64,000 bases of DNA, taken from positions 15,620 to 79,619 of the IMG/VR virus record IMGVR_UViG_3300035099_000022; one strand, written 5' to 3'. The position numbers and the translations under genes are program-made. The notes beneath the pieces were generated by a model. The model was given only the letters and a program-made list of their open reading frames with translations, did not search any database and was not told the DNA's origin. This document shows positions 35,601 to 45,282 of the stretch, one piece after another. Source of the stretch: a virus. Its lineage: Duplodnaviria > Heunggongvirae > Uroviricota > Caudoviricetes. The first letter of the stretch is position 1. Every line of letters starts with the position of its first letter.

Positions 35601-35888
35601 CCGCTGATGAATGTCGTAGGCATCGAAAATCGCCTTGATTGTACCATCTATGTCGTCCAGCGTAATGCTAATCGACTGCGAAGAATTGTTCGCCAGTACG
35701 TTGACAACATTGTCCATGTCGCCAACTTCAATAATCTTTCCTGGAATCGTACTCGCACCGGTGCCCACGTCTCGATCGGCATATGAGCGCGTGCAGTTCA
35801 CCGCCCAATCAACTTCAAGAATGGTGATTGGTTCATTGCCGTGTCGAGTTGCCAACTTCGCCAAGCCGGCCGCTGAAATGTTACGCAT
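32664..35888 (-). CDS. Tail fiber / host-specificity protein (large, repeat-containing)
   Basis: About 1075 aa, last in the tail module. The C-terminal region carries two tandem 62-aa repeats (186-bp DNA repeat). Start trimmed to the internal Met MRNISAAGL.... Confidence 0.55.
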   Translation of the reverse strand: MRNISAAGLAKLATRHGNEPITILEVDWAVNCTRSYADRDVGTGASTIPGKIIEVGDMDNVVNVLANNSSQSISITLDDIDGTIKAIFDAYDIHQRNARVYQYFDGLDLTDKFLLFAGKVSTPIAWNERDRTVKFTIISQLEDREVGFSAEEGQFPYLPADLVGKPWPMIFGTVQDCPALQINHAVTGTTLTGVGCIAGQEYYQRFSWYSDGSGVDSNLGASLTLITEQLNVLECARACADSAGAEAQANAYLDQINDLETQRGNMIAQAMARQGCAATQRSKQLADANSKGLGPNPIKVLGGEDFPQDTPIVIDINGVWFWGHFHGQDFYVTRRWSEALAKQAEDVYAEQTETCSTGPSESVQNFDYKIDVSCNCVWAAFDTCWCRSHGWVIQTKSGSASRTSDTPILQQFWAEAGATVRMHSDEPLTYIVSIVPGTVLAVKAYKQFTGERRLINVPSNLYTVQTQTYGAVTAVQVRFNKPLSTITEQSIDGSGGWSDDIYVTFQSNIGPDTIDVLKYLISNYTDLTWDVTSFNHVQSKLAQFPVNFPVLERKNTLQLLQEIAYQARCALWISNGVFYIKYLPEEPDVDDTITVSDLDADSGVEVELTSTEDVVTKMKVKWRVSWAPGATDRDKDRSEKTMILRHNITRYGTKEEEYNWYIYNQPDIIFKCATFWLIRKSNTWKRIKFKTFLQKLNLETFDCALLDFGYPYVASTAVKSVVEKANYNSADNTVDFECLVPVRAGEMAFHPFYWPSALPPSQTWPPDSDRASNDAGGGGVGMNATGNLPVGNTSGIESGDVVWVGGPNVVFRPQSDQGDRHPTDIGFTPQMIINPSVYAELNTSSKPYLNLRTYTVEPSAPYVPAALSGMLTIDLAKTVVVDSSDRGREIHGYLKSIIGRISDDGNLVLRNDASIGDTKGEAEGTLDQLIYVSTDGYACLNADAYVCDAEHEASNACLSDVLAIGPETGYLCLDANAYIANGEAEGTLDQLIYVSTDGYACLNAGAYVCDAEHEASNACLSDVLAIGPETGHLCLDANAYIANGDGLESPFDFQYDMDGQLYGAGTAFLQESQD
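32759..33130. repeat. 186-bp tandem duplication (2 copies, 2-3 mismatches) inside the tail fiber gene
   Basis: The copies read directly at 32759-32944 and 32945-33130. Differences are limited to 2-3 transitions. Confidence 0.85.
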
Positions 35889-36282
35889 TTTCCACTCCCT
35901 CAAACTCGATTTCGACAGTCCACCACTCACCCCGGGACAATGGCACAATGGCCGGAGCCGCCCGCCCGCTGCCCTCGAACTCGAAGGGGTTGCCCGTAAA
36001 ATTACCGATCCACACACGCCCGTTATGGTCGGTTACACGCACCCGAGATGCAAAATAGGACCGCAGAAACTCTCGCACCTCCAGGGCCTTATTCCGCGTC
36101 AGCCGGAAAGTCCATCGCAATTTTCGCCGCCCACCACGCCGTTTGACGTAGGTGTAGCGCGTTCCATCCATCGCCAACTTCCGAGTCACCGAATCCAGCA
36201 CGCCTTCCTGATCGCTGAACTGCGGATTCGGCAACAGGGAAGTTGTCTGAATTGCCGGATAAGGTGCTTCAAACGTGAACAT
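35881..36282 (-). CDS. Tail/baseplate-associated hypothetical protein
   Basis: 133-aa ORF between two large structural genes. Confidence 0.35.
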   Translation of the reverse strand: MFTFEAPYPAIQTTSLLPNPQFSDQEGVLDSVTRKLAMDGTRYTYVKRRGGRRKLRWTFRLTRNKALEVREFLRSYFASRVRVTDHNGRVWIGNFTGNPFEFEGSGRAAPAIVPLSRGEWWTVEIEFEGVENA

Positions 36283-36288
36283 GACCTG

Positions 36289-38403
36289 TCACTCCCACAC
36301 CGCCGGCTCGCCCTCGAATTCAAATGACACAGTGAAAACTTCCTTGCTGTCCTGGACGGTCGGCTCCTCGGGATTCAAAATCACACCTTTCCAGTAGAAC
36401 CCTTCCCAATCCACAAAGCCAACTTCCAGCCCCAGGTGATTCCTCACAAACGTCAAGTAGTCCTGAACTTGCGAAGCGCTAAGTCCCCTAAAAGTCAGCA
36501 CCAGTGTCTCCAGCTTCGGCCACATCGGATCGGCATAAACAACCAAGGTACCGCCGCGCGTTTCCCGACTGATGCGATTCATCTGCAAACGATCTTTGTT
36601 ACTAAACTCCGGGCTTCGCAATATTAGAAACTCAGTTGGACTTGTCACCGGATAGCACAATCGACATGGGGGAGCAACAGTCGGCGTTGGACAGCTTGCA
36701 GGAGGCGGAACCGGGCCGCCGGAACCTTCCCCAACAAATGGGTGATACTGTGTTATCAGTGACTCGGCTGAAATCAGCACGAAGCCAACCGCATGTGTGC
36801 AGGCCAACGCATCAACCACTTCCAACGCGGCCCGCCACGTCAGTGCGGCGGCTGTATGCGTCAGGGCTAATGTGCTCAGCACAGGCCGAACCAATACCAC
36901 CGCAGCGGCATGTGTCAAAAGCAGGCCACTCGCTGCATGGTAGGCATCCCGAACAATGGGCCACTGCTCAACCGCGGCGCTTTGAATCAGCGTCAAGGTG
37001 TGAGCCGCCTCGCCCGCCTTGGCGTCAACATGAATCACGACGCCTAACGCCCGATCCGCCAGCGAAAGGATGCTCCGTGCCTCATAGGGCGTGCCATGAA
37101 TCACCGCAACCGCGGCCTGATCCTGGAGGCCAATGTAGTATGGAACCAATTGCCAGGTAACAGGATCGTAGTTGTAGTGAAGTTCCTGAAGAACACTGCT
37201 CACTGAGCCGATTACAACCCCCGAACGCGCCCAGTCCCTCAAATGTAACGCATTCGCGGCCCACGTCTGTTTGATGAAGCCAACAACTGCTTGACTCGAC
37301 AAATCAAGCAAATCGTCTTGCACAGTCAGGCGAGTGTTCGTGGCGACCGCTGTGTCCGTCAATACAAGGGTGCTCGACGCTCGACGAATGTTGTCGGCTG
37401 TCGCCTCATGCGACAGGGTGAGGGTATTGACTACCAACTTCGCCACGCTAGCCGTTGCCTGATGCGTCAGCGACAGCGCGGCAACGATGCTCTGCGAGCG
37501 TACTAGCGATTTCGCGGCAACATGCGCTAAAGCAAGTGCATCTACTCGGCGACGGGTGAAAACCCAGTTAAGATCAGCTTGATGGGTCAGAGCCAAGTCG
37601 CTGTGAGCCAGTCGGATTACCGACACCTCCGCCCCGTCAGTCAGGGTCAAGATGTGCGTACCAACCTTGCACAGGTCGCCTGCCGCCATCTGACCCGGAA
37701 CCAAAGCATCTTCGACAGACCGCAAGATTTCACAGTTAACTATCGCTTGACATGAAAGAGGGAGTGTCGCTTCAACGGTCTGTGCATAGGTAACCAGGAC
37801 GCTTGCCTGCTCGGCCGGCGTCAAGGTGTCGAAGCTGCGCCGCAGCAAATCTACCTGCACCAAATGCGTCAGAGAGAGGAATTGCTGAACCGGCTTAATG
37901 TATTCAACTGCCACCGCATCCGCAATCTCCAGCGCGTCGATGCTGTGAACCCGTTTTACATAAGCAACTATGACCTCTTCGGTGGCGCCCAGCGTATCTA
38001 CAACCAGTCGATTGAACACAGCCAATCGAGACGCCCCGTGCGTCACGTCCACCGTGTTCACAACAGGTTTGATTATGTCACCGGTCGCCTCATGCGACAG
38101 CGACATGGTGTTCATACCCAATCGGACACGATCCCCAACTGCCTCATCATTCAGGGTGAGGGAATGTTCCGCCGACCTCTGGTAGATTTTATTAACTGCG
38201 GCAGTATGCGCCAGGCTAAGAGTCGAAGTCGCATCGACTTCAATCGTAGGGGCCGGCACGGCGGCAAGAACCTCGACAAATTGCCGAGATACCCGTGCCT
38301 TGCCATTGCCGGAGGCAAGCACCTCAGTCAATTGTCGCGACACCCGCATCTTGCCGTTGCCGGCGGCGAGCACCTCAACTTGTTGCCGGGTGGTGCGAAG
38401 CAT
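36289..38403 (-). CDS. Tail structural protein (baseplate/fiber-like) with N-terminal 16-aa tandem repeats
   Basis: 704 aa. N-terminal RVSRQ(L/F)(T/V)EVLA(S/A)GNGK(A/M) repeated three times. Ser/Thr/Ala/Val-rich beta-like sequence. Confidence 0.45.
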   Translation of the reverse strand: MLRTTRQQVEVLAAGNGKMRVSRQLTEVLASGNGKARVSRQFVEVLAAVPAPTIEVDATSTLSLAHTAAVNKIYQRSAEHSLTLNDEAVGDRVRLGMNTMSLSHEATGDIIKPVVNTVDVTHGASRLAVFNRLVVDTLGATEEVIVAYVKRVHSIDALEIADAVAVEYIKPVQQFLSLTHLVQVDLLRRSFDTLTPAEQASVLVTYAQTVEATLPLSCQAIVNCEILRSVEDALVPGQMAAGDLCKVGTHILTLTDGAEVSVIRLAHSDLALTHQADLNWVFTRRRVDALALAHVAAKSLVRSQSIVAALSLTHQATASVAKLVVNTLTLSHEATADNIRRASSTLVLTDTAVATNTRLTVQDDLLDLSSQAVVGFIKQTWAANALHLRDWARSGVVIGSVSSVLQELHYNYDPVTWQLVPYYIGLQDQAAVAVIHGTPYEARSILSLADRALGVVIHVDAKAGEAAHTLTLIQSAAVEQWPIVRDAYHAASGLLLTHAAAVVLVRPVLSTLALTHTAAALTWRAALEVVDALACTHAVGFVLISAESLITQYHPFVGEGSGGPVPPPASCPTPTVAPPCRLCYPVTSPTEFLILRSPEFSNKDRLQMNRISRETRGGTLVVYADPMWPKLETLVLTFRGLSASQVQDYLTFVRNHLGLEVGFVDWEGFYWKGVILNPEEPTVQDSKEVFTVSFEFEGEPAVWE

Positions 38404-38404
38404 G

Positions 38405-39436
38405 TTAGCCGACTTTCACGCCGAACTGAGCCGCATTTATACCGCTTGCTGTCCAAGCGGCGTCAGTCGCGGGATCCTTCTCACTGATCCGCCGCAGCGT
38501 CTTGTAGGTAGTTGAACCAATTGCTTTAGGGCTATTCTCACTCTCCGTCGTACTTGACTTGATGAGCGTGATAAGTGAAAAGCTAGTAGCATCCGTCTCA
38601 CGCACTTCCGTGTTGATTTGGAGACCCGCGATCGTAGCACCCAGCCCTGACACCGCTTGATAATCCCACAAGTCCTTATAGCCCGCGGTGGATGCCTCCA
38701 CGTAATCCGTGTCATTATTGGTCGGATTCTCGTCCACCAACGCGTAATGATCTGTGCCACTGCTTGGGGTGAAGTCAGTGTAGCCTGACACATCGCCATT
38801 CGGGAAGATACCAACAACTTTCATGTTGCCAAGAAAATCATTGTTGGTAGTACCGGACCCATCAAGGATGTAGATGTCGTCGTAGCGAAAAGCGACGCCA
38901 ACAGTCTGAGAAGGGACCACTACATTATCATAGTACGCATCCGATCCCGCCTTTGTATTGACATTACTGGCACTTAGCACAGTGACACCGCCAACACGAA
39001 CTTCATAGGTTCCTGCTGTCGCATGACAATAAACCTTGAGTTCTATCCAGTGCCACGTAGCAGAATTTAAACCGAGTCCTGTCGTCTGCGCCAAGAGTGT
39101 CGCCCCTCGGTAAATGGCAAGTTCCCCCGCTGTTTTCAGATAGAGAGAAATCCCCTCAGTGGCCCCGTCGTAAAGGGACATGATCCGAGCGTTGGTGTTG
39201 CTCGCGAAATAGAAACCAAAACCAACCACCAAAGTTGCATTGGTCGTCAGCGCGGGCGTCGAAAATCCGCCAGACATACGCATCTCCATGCTATGACCAC
39301 CCACACGGCCCGCCATGAGATACATAGAATCACCATTTATCACATTGGCGTATTTCCGCGCCATTACCCCTGACGGTGCCGGCGCAGCATTATCCGTCAC
39401 CCCCATCCCCTCAAAACCTTCAATCCACAGCAGCAT
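38405..39436 (-). CDS. Tail structural protein
   Basis: 343 aa. Position within the tail module. Confidence 0.4.
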   Translation of the reverse strand: MLLWIEGFEGMGVTDNAAPAPSGVMARKYANVINGDSMYLMAGRVGGHSMEMRMSGGFSTPALTTNATLVVGFGFYFASNTNARIMSLYDGATEGISLYLKTAGELAIYRGATLLAQTTGLGLNSATWHWIELKVYCHATAGTYEVRVGGVTVLSASNVNTKAGSDAYYDNVVVPSQTVGVAFRYDDIYILDGSGTTNNDFLGNMKVVGIFPNGDVSGYTDFTPSSGTDHYALVDENPTNNDTDYVEASTAGYKDLWDYQAVSGLGATIAGLQINTEVRETDATSFSLITLIKSSTTESENSPKAIGSTTYKTLRRISEKDPATDAAWTASGINAAQFGVKVG

Positions 39437-39512
39437 GGCGCGCCTCCAAAGAAGAAATCAGCCGGGCCGGGAAAACGCCTCCCGGCCCAGCCGTGGCGAG
39501 GGAGTCCATAAG

Positions 39513-40094
39513 TTAGGCATTAACAGTGTAAGTCACCTTCAACTGGTCGCCGTTTTGCACTGTGACAGTGCCACTAGAGAACTGGGCCGCTGCCCAAAGA
39601 GTACCGCCGCCGGCCGCATCATTCTTCGTCGAAGGAGCCGTGCCGCCACCGACCACACCCAAGCCGTAAACGCTACCCGAGCCATTGATGTTGAAGACCA
39701 CGGGGCTGGAATTCGTAATCGACTGATTGGCCGCCGCGCCCTCGGTCCATTCCTGGCGGGTGGACTCACTATAACTGGTAAACTCATCCCAACCGTTGGT
39801 CCCGTTAATTTGAGCATAAGTGTCACCGGCCGCCAACGTGGGCGAACCGGACCCATCCACAAGCAGAATGTACCAAGTCCCAATAGCCGTGACACCGTGG
39901 AACATCACGTCTAAGAGCTTATTCTTGCCCTCATTCGTAATAGCATTGCGGATGTCATACTTGCCAATCAACTGGCCGCCGCGCCAGTGCTCCACCTGGA
40001 ACCGGCCACGGGCATGAATCTGATCGGAAAGTTTAGCGGCAGGACGAACCAACTCGCAAGCCGCCCGATCATCAAAATGTACCAAATCACTCAT
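39513..40094 (-). CDS. Tail structural protein (distal tail-like)
   Basis: 193 aa, immediately downstream of the tape measure gene. Confidence 0.35.
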   Translation of the reverse strand: MSDLVHFDDRAACELVRPAAKLSDQIHARGRFQVEHWRGGQLIGKYDIRNAITNEGKNKLLDVMFHGVTAIGTWYILLVDGSGSPTLAAGDTYAQINGTNGWDEFTSYSESTRQEWTEGAAANQSITNSSPVVFNINGSGSVYGLGVVGGGTAPSTKNDAAGGGTLWAAAQFSSGTVTVQNGDQLKVTYTVNA

Positions 40095-40124
40095 GATTTT
40101 CCCTTTCTCTCTTTCTCTAAAGGA

Positions 40125-43100
40125 TTACAGAGTTGATGTGCCACGCCGCAATTCTCGTCGAATTTCAGCGGCAATAGACCTAGCCGTTTGGCGACTCGAA
40201 CCGCCGCCATTTACCGTCACGTTAATGTCACCGATGTTGGTGACGCTGCCGCCACTGCTGCGCCACACAGGCTGCACACCCGCATTCATGGCGGTTAATT
40301 GCGCAGCAAACCTCCGTGTCGAAGCCGCATTCATCACAAACTCACCAGGCGAGAGCCAAGCCGGCACCACATCCACGCCGGTCGGACCGCCTTCAGCAAA
40401 TCGCCGCACAATTCCGCCGTGCGCAGCGTACAAACTGGATGTGTCTGGCGGAACGAATGAACTAGCCGCCATCACCAAACCCCACATCGCGGTTGTAGCA
40501 TTATCGAGTCCCTTAGTCAATCCGCTCATATCCGTTTGAGCAACTTGATTTAAGGCATTCGTTGTGTTCTGTGCGCCCCGATAGGCTCCCTCAGTGGCTT
40601 CCTTAGTCCCCTCAACCGCTTGCTTAGCTGCTTTTAACCCCTCTTCGATATTTTGAATCCGTTGCTCGCTCTCAATCGCAGGCGCGCGTTCTTGCTCAAC
40701 CGCGGCGGCACTCTTCTGCATGGCCTGTGCCTTTTCCTTAATCTCCAAAGCCCGTTCAATGAACTTGTCCAAAGCCGCCTTATTCACAGCCGAAGGGTTA
40801 ATAGCCTCCTCATATTCCCTGCGAGCTTGCAAGAGTGCCTGAACATCCCTGTCATCCACAACCCTGTTAGGGTCCAAGAACTTCTCCGCTTGTTGCTTGA
40901 ACCGTTGCGTAGCACGCCTCTGTGCAGCAACCATCTCGCGCCACGCGCGAGGGTTCGTTAAGGACGTAAGATCAAAACTGAATGTATCCTCCATCTCAGC
41001 CTGTATGTCAAGCCACTTTTGCAAATCGGCTTTCGCATCCACTTGAAAGCGCCACAATCCAACTGTGGCGGCGGCCACCTGCCTCTCCAGCTCACCGAAA
41101 TTGATTTTCCGCTGACGAGCCTCCATGAGCCGTTTTTCCAGAATGTTGGCGGACTCTTCCGCTGTCTTTCCTTGCAACTCCTGCATCAGTGCAGTATCCG
41201 TTGCCGTGGATTTTTGAATAAGCACGCGAATCGGGCCGATACCCTGCTCAATTTGCACACGAAGATCAGCGAGACTTTTTGGAATAGCATGGAACTGCCG
41301 AATATCCATTTCGCTGACGCCACCCGCCAAAGCCATCGCCACGCGCCGTTGCAATTGATCAAAAGCCAATAGGTCAGAAACATCCACCTTCTGACCCGCG
41401 AAGAACTGCTTACGAAATTCGACCAAATTTGCTTGCAACCTGGCCTGCTGCTCGGCCAAGGCACGTGGGTCTTTCGCGCCTTGCTTATCAAATGCCTCCA
41501 AATCCGTGAGGATCGATTTCATCAGCGCCTTCATAGTGTTCAGACGCTCTTGCTCCAAAGCGGCTGACCGAGCCAACTTTAGCGCCTGTTCAGCCTGAAC
41601 CTGTTGCAAAGTCTTCTCTGCACCAAGCTGCATGTTCATCACCGCCAAGACAGCCCGTTCAGCATCTTCTTTGAGGCCCAGATTACCGGTTGCTTGAGCA
41701 ATCGACTCTGCTTCCTTGGCGGCAGCCTCGGCCCGCTGAAAAGCCGCTAAAGCGGCCTGAATCTGATCCGGCGTTTTAGCCCGTGACAACTCCTCGGCCG
41801 CCTCACGGGCCAGTTGCATTGCGCGACGACGATAGTTGTCCGCTTGTTCCTCAGCAGTTAGCTCCTTCTGAGCATACTTGAAACGAGTATCCGCAAGATT
41901 GGCCTCCAAAGCCACCACACGATTCTGTGACTCCTGCACCGCCTTGACCGCTGCATTAGCGGCATTGCGATAGGCCGACACGACCCGTTCCTGAGCTGCA
42001 ACCATCGACTCCATGACGGTACGGGCACTGTTGATCGTCTCAGTATTCTTCTCCTTCAAGTCGTCCAGCGCCTTGAAATAATCACGCCGCAGCCCGGCTG
42101 CCTGCTCGGACCAACTTCCCTGAGCCTTCTGCGCCTCAGCCTGCTGAACTTCCTTCCACTTGGCAATCTTCTTTTCCTCATCAGCCAACATCTTCATCGT
42201 GGCCTCATGCCGCGCATCTGACTCTTTCTGAATGTTGGCAATGGTCGTCAAAGTATAGTAAGTAGAGGCGCCAGTCACAGTGGCAAGAATCGCCGTACCA
42301 GCTAAGAGAGCAATACCAAACGGCCCCAAAGACAGATTCACCAGAGCGAAGCCCGCTGCCAAAGCAACAAGTGAAGCAGCGCAAACTGCAGCCCCTGCTG
42401 CAATCGCCGAAATTGCAGCCGCCATCTTATCCGCCCCGCCCATAAACTCCATCATTGTCGCCAGAATCCTAATCATCGCTTGGCCAAGGTCTTGAGTAAG
42501 ACTTACCTTAAGCGCGTTGACCTGCGTTTGCAGCCGGTCAGTATCAGTTGAGCGAAATTCCTCCACAATCTTCCGTAAACCTTCAGGCGAGGCCCGCTGC
42601 ATAGCCTCCATCGCTTCCCGATATTTCTTCGCACCCTCCTCACTAGCCAAGCGAAGCTCGGCCGTCAATGCGCGAACATTCCGCACCGACTTAGCAATCT
42701 CCGCACCCATACCATCCGCCGCTTCGGAGATCGCCTGAAGTGCCCCTTGGAAGTTCTTGGCAGCAATAATCTGCGAGGGGTCCGAGAAGCCCATGCTCCG
42801 CAAGACTTTCGTCATGTCTTCCGAGGGCTTGATGAAAGCAGTCATCACACTGCGCAAAGCCGTAGCCGATTTATGCGCATCCATGCCGGCAATAGTCATG
42901 GAAACCATTGCAGAATTCAATTCATCGAGACTAACACCCAATTCCCTGGCGATGGGCATAATTTGACCCATCACATCGGCCAATTCCTTGCCTCGCACCC
43001 GACCCAAGCGAATTGTCTCAAAGAACTTCGCCGCTACACTCTCAGCCTGATTGCTCTGCATTCCGTAAGCATTAAGTGTCCCAGTAATGAGCAGAATCGC

Positions 43101-43895
43101 CTGCTGCAAATCCATGACGCCAACTTTCGCCAGCTCCATAGCGGCAGTCATTACATGCGCCCGATCGGCAACGGACGTAAACTGATTAGAAATCGTCTGA
43201 TACAAGCCCTCTTGGACCTGCGGCAAAGGAACATTGAACTCCTTGGCAAAGCGCGTAACCTCCGCCTCCAACACATGAAATGGTGTGGCAGTTCCAAGAC
43301 TCTGCAAACTGACCCCGATGCGTGGGGTAATAGTCTGAATTTCTGCCAACCGTATCTGAAATTCTTCGGCTGCTGTCACCGACTCCTTCAGCGCATCCCG
43401 AAGCATCGACATAGCCCGCACGATAGCCTGCGTCATTACAACGCGCGAAATCGTGCTCCAACTGACAATCAAATGGTCGCTATGCTTCGTAGCCTCTTGT
43501 GTAGCATCGGCCGCACTCTGCATCCCCTTCGTCGTTTTTTCGGCGGCTTGTTGCGCGGCATCACCCACGTCCCTAAATGTCCTGGCGGCCTGTTGCGCAG
43601 CGGACTGAAGACCGGGCGGCAGCCAAAGCTGGGAACCCTGTTGCCCTGCCGCCGCGGGTGTAGGAGTGGTCGGAACATTCAAGCGCTCCGTGGCATTAGC
43701 AAGACGATCAGCGGCACTTGCCAACTCGCGCATGATTTCCAAAGTAGTCCGCCCCCGATTGTTGAACTCGTCCAACGCAGTGCCAAAAACACGAAAAGCG
43801 GCTTGACCCGCGTATAGCGCATTATCCAACGTCCGCAACGCCGCCAAAGCGGCGTCAACGTCGAAGCCTAGTTGTTGGACGATCTCATCTGCCAT
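40125..43895 (-). CDS. Tail tape measure protein
   Basis: 1256 aa, largely alpha-helical with Ala/Gln/Glu-rich coiled-coil character. Internal hydrophobic segment (VCAASLVALAAGFALVNLSLGPFGIALLAGTAILATV). Confidence 0.75.
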   Translation of the reverse strand: MADEIVQQLGFDVDAALAALRTLDNALYAGQAAFRVFGTALDEFNNRGRTTLEIMRELASAADRLANATERLNVPTTPTPAAAGQQGSQLWLPPGLQSAAQQAARTFRDVGDAAQQAAEKTTKGMQSAADATQEATKHSDHLIVSWSTISRVVMTQAIVRAMSMLRDALKESVTAAEEFQIRLAEIQTITPRIGVSLQSLGTATPFHVLEAEVTRFAKEFNVPLPQVQEGLYQTISNQFTSVADRAHVMTAAMELAKVGVMDLQQAILLITGTLNAYGMQSNQAESVAAKFFETIRLGRVRGKELADVMGQIMPIARELGVSLDELNSAMVSMTIAGMDAHKSATALRSVMTAFIKPSEDMTKVLRSMGFSDPSQIIAAKNFQGALQAISEAADGMGAEIAKSVRNVRALTAELRLASEEGAKKYREAMEAMQRASPEGLRKIVEEFRSTDTDRLQTQVNALKVSLTQDLGQAMIRILATMMEFMGGADKMAAAISAIAAGAAVCAASLVALAAGFALVNLSLGPFGIALLAGTAILATVTGASTYYTLTTIANIQKESDARHEATMKMLADEEKKIAKWKEVQQAEAQKAQGSWSEQAAGLRRDYFKALDDLKEKNTETINSARTVMESMVAAQERVVSAYRNAANAAVKAVQESQNRVVALEANLADTRFKYAQKELTAEEQADNYRRRAMQLAREAAEELSRAKTPDQIQAALAAFQRAEAAAKEAESIAQATGNLGLKEDAERAVLAVMNMQLGAEKTLQQVQAEQALKLARSAALEQERLNTMKALMKSILTDLEAFDKQGAKDPRALAEQQARLQANLVEFRKQFFAGQKVDVSDLLAFDQLQRRVAMALAGGVSEMDIRQFHAIPKSLADLRVQIEQGIGPIRVLIQKSTATDTALMQELQGKTAEESANILEKRLMEARQRKINFGELERQVAAATVGLWRFQVDAKADLQKWLDIQAEMEDTFSFDLTSLTNPRAWREMVAAQRRATQRFKQQAEKFLDPNRVVDDRDVQALLQARREYEEAINPSAVNKAALDKFIERALEIKEKAQAMQKSAAAVEQERAPAIESEQRIQNIEEGLKAAKQAVEGTKEATEGAYRGAQNTTNALNQVAQTDMSGLTKGLDNATTAMWGLVMAASSFVPPDTSSLYAAHGGIVRRFAEGGPTGVDVVPAWLSPGEFVMNAASTRRFAAQLTAMNAGVQPVWRSSGGSVTNIGDINVTVNGGGSSRQTARSIAAEIRRELRRGTSTL

Positions 43896-43948
43896 TGTTT
43901 TACCTTGTCATAAAACACTTTGCCAATGACAGAAATACATACAGACAC

Positions 43949-44449
43949 CTATTTCTCGATAGAAACAGGCTTCAAGTAGGGAGCAACCTTCGGCAGTTCC
44001 ACGGTGTCAGCAAACTTCTGAAACACCTTGGCCCCCTTCTCCTGAAAATGATAAGGACCAGGCTTGCGTAGCTTGGCCGGGGGCGGATATTTTGTCGGGT
44101 CCGGGTCTATGTTGGCGTTGTGGTACTCATTCCAAATCAGCCAAGGAAGCGTCGTCCCATAAGTAAACGTATAAACGCCCTTCGCCTCATCAGCATTCAA
44201 CTCACCGCTGCCGGCGGCTTGGCCGATGGCAACCCGTAAGCCACTTGCCCCCACACCCATGCTAATGGTCTCACCAAGCCGCCAGAAAGTCGCACGAGAC
44301 GCCCCGGTCCAGTTGGGAATTTCCAACAAGACTGCATCTAACCATTCCATGAGAGCTTTGACAAGCACTTCACGCATGTGCTTGTCCAGAGTCCTCTTGT
44401 AGCCGTCCAGATCGAGGCGGGGAAACTGGAACTTGTAAGTGAATTGCAT
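43949..44449 (-). CDS. Tail assembly protein (chaperone candidate)
   Basis: Position immediately upstream of the TMP. Confidence 0.3.
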   Translation of the reverse strand: MQFTYKFQFPRLDLDGYKRTLDKHMREVLVKALMEWLDAVLLEIPNWTGASRATFWRLGETISMGVGASGLRVAIGQAAGSGELNADEAKGVYTFTYGTTLPWLIWNEYHNANIDPDPTKYPPPAKLRKPGPYHFQEKGAKVFQKFADTVELPKVAPYLKPVSIEK

Positions 44450-44623
44450 TGGTCAGGCTCCGGCGTCATTTCTTTCCGGTGCTCGGGGGCTTCCCTGCCC
44501 CCAACAATTGAGCCTCCCGCTCTTGCTCATCGTAAGTCGCAATCTGATCGAACGCGATGATAAGCGCCTGGGTCTCAAGCCCGCATTCATCCCAGGATTC
44601 CCTGACGCCCGGAGGGCGGATAC

Positions 44624-45169
44624 CTAGCCGTTCGCAAGCTCGCCAGATAGCGTATTCGCCGGTTCGGTAACTGGGCCAGAGAATTCGGGCGGCATGGGAG
44701 CCTGACCAGCTAGAAAAACCTCGCGAGCCTTCGCCAACTTGGCTTCATCCAGGGCGTTGGCTTCCAGCACCAACCCAAGCACACGGTTGGTTTCAATCTG
44801 GGTCAAGCCACCGTTAATCAAGTCTTTGTCCCAATTCGCCCAAGTACGAGGATCATCCAGCTTCACCGTATCCCACTCAATTTCACTCGGTTCCAGCGAG
44901 CGGATCACAAGGTAGCCCAGCCGCTTCCTACCCCACGCCTCAACAACCTGTTGATAAGTCGGGTCATCCTGATTAGCGACCCAGCCATCCTTGGTGTACT
45001 TGCCCGGCGGCTTAGGCGGTGGACACTTGGCATTAAACTCATCCATATCCTTGAGACCGATGGCGCGAAATACGATGTTCTGTTCACCGCGCGGCAGAAC
45101 CAAGACACACTCGTTTCGCAGTCCCTTGGGATCGATGCCTGCAATCTTCATTGGTTTATTCCCTCGCAA
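44624..45169 (-). CDS. Tail assembly protein (chaperone candidate)
   Basis: Position upstream of the TMP. No slippery site identified. Confidence 0.3.
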   Translation of the reverse strand: MRGNKPMKIAGIDPKGLRNECVLVLPRGEQNIVFRAIGLKDMDEFNAKCPPPKPPGKYTKDGWVANQDDPTYQQVVEAWGRKRLGYLVIRSLEPSEIEWDTVKLDDPRTWANWDKDLINGGLTQIETNRVLGLVLEANALDEAKLAKAREVFLAGQAPMPPEFSGPVTEPANTLSGELANG

Positions 45170-45282
45170 GGAAATGAAAAGAGGAAAGATGGCGGTGCCG
45201 ACTACAACGCCGGCACCGCCGTAAACAATAGATAGCTGATTTCATCAACCAGCCCAACCGCCCTCAAGGACGGAGATCATCA

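Noticed and set aside
32664-36017. Diversity-generating retroelement targeting the tail fiber repeats
   Set aside because: No reverse transcriptase anywhere in the window. The two repeat copies differ by only 2-3 transitions that are not adenine-specific. A simple tandem duplication explains them.
42747-43817. Long plus-strand ORFs inside the TMP, capsid, portal and tail genes (42747..43817, 45436..46578, 47552..48643, 50800..51714, 55625..56614, 61695..62615)
   Set aside because: They lie antisense to convincing structural or enzyme genes. They are Arg/His-rich with low-complexity composition typical of shadow ORFs in GC-rich DNA.
43949-45169. Programmed -1 frameshift between the two tail chaperone genes
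   Set aside because: There is a 174-nt gap between the ORFs, and no slippery heptamer was seen near the upstream stop. Left as two separate genes.
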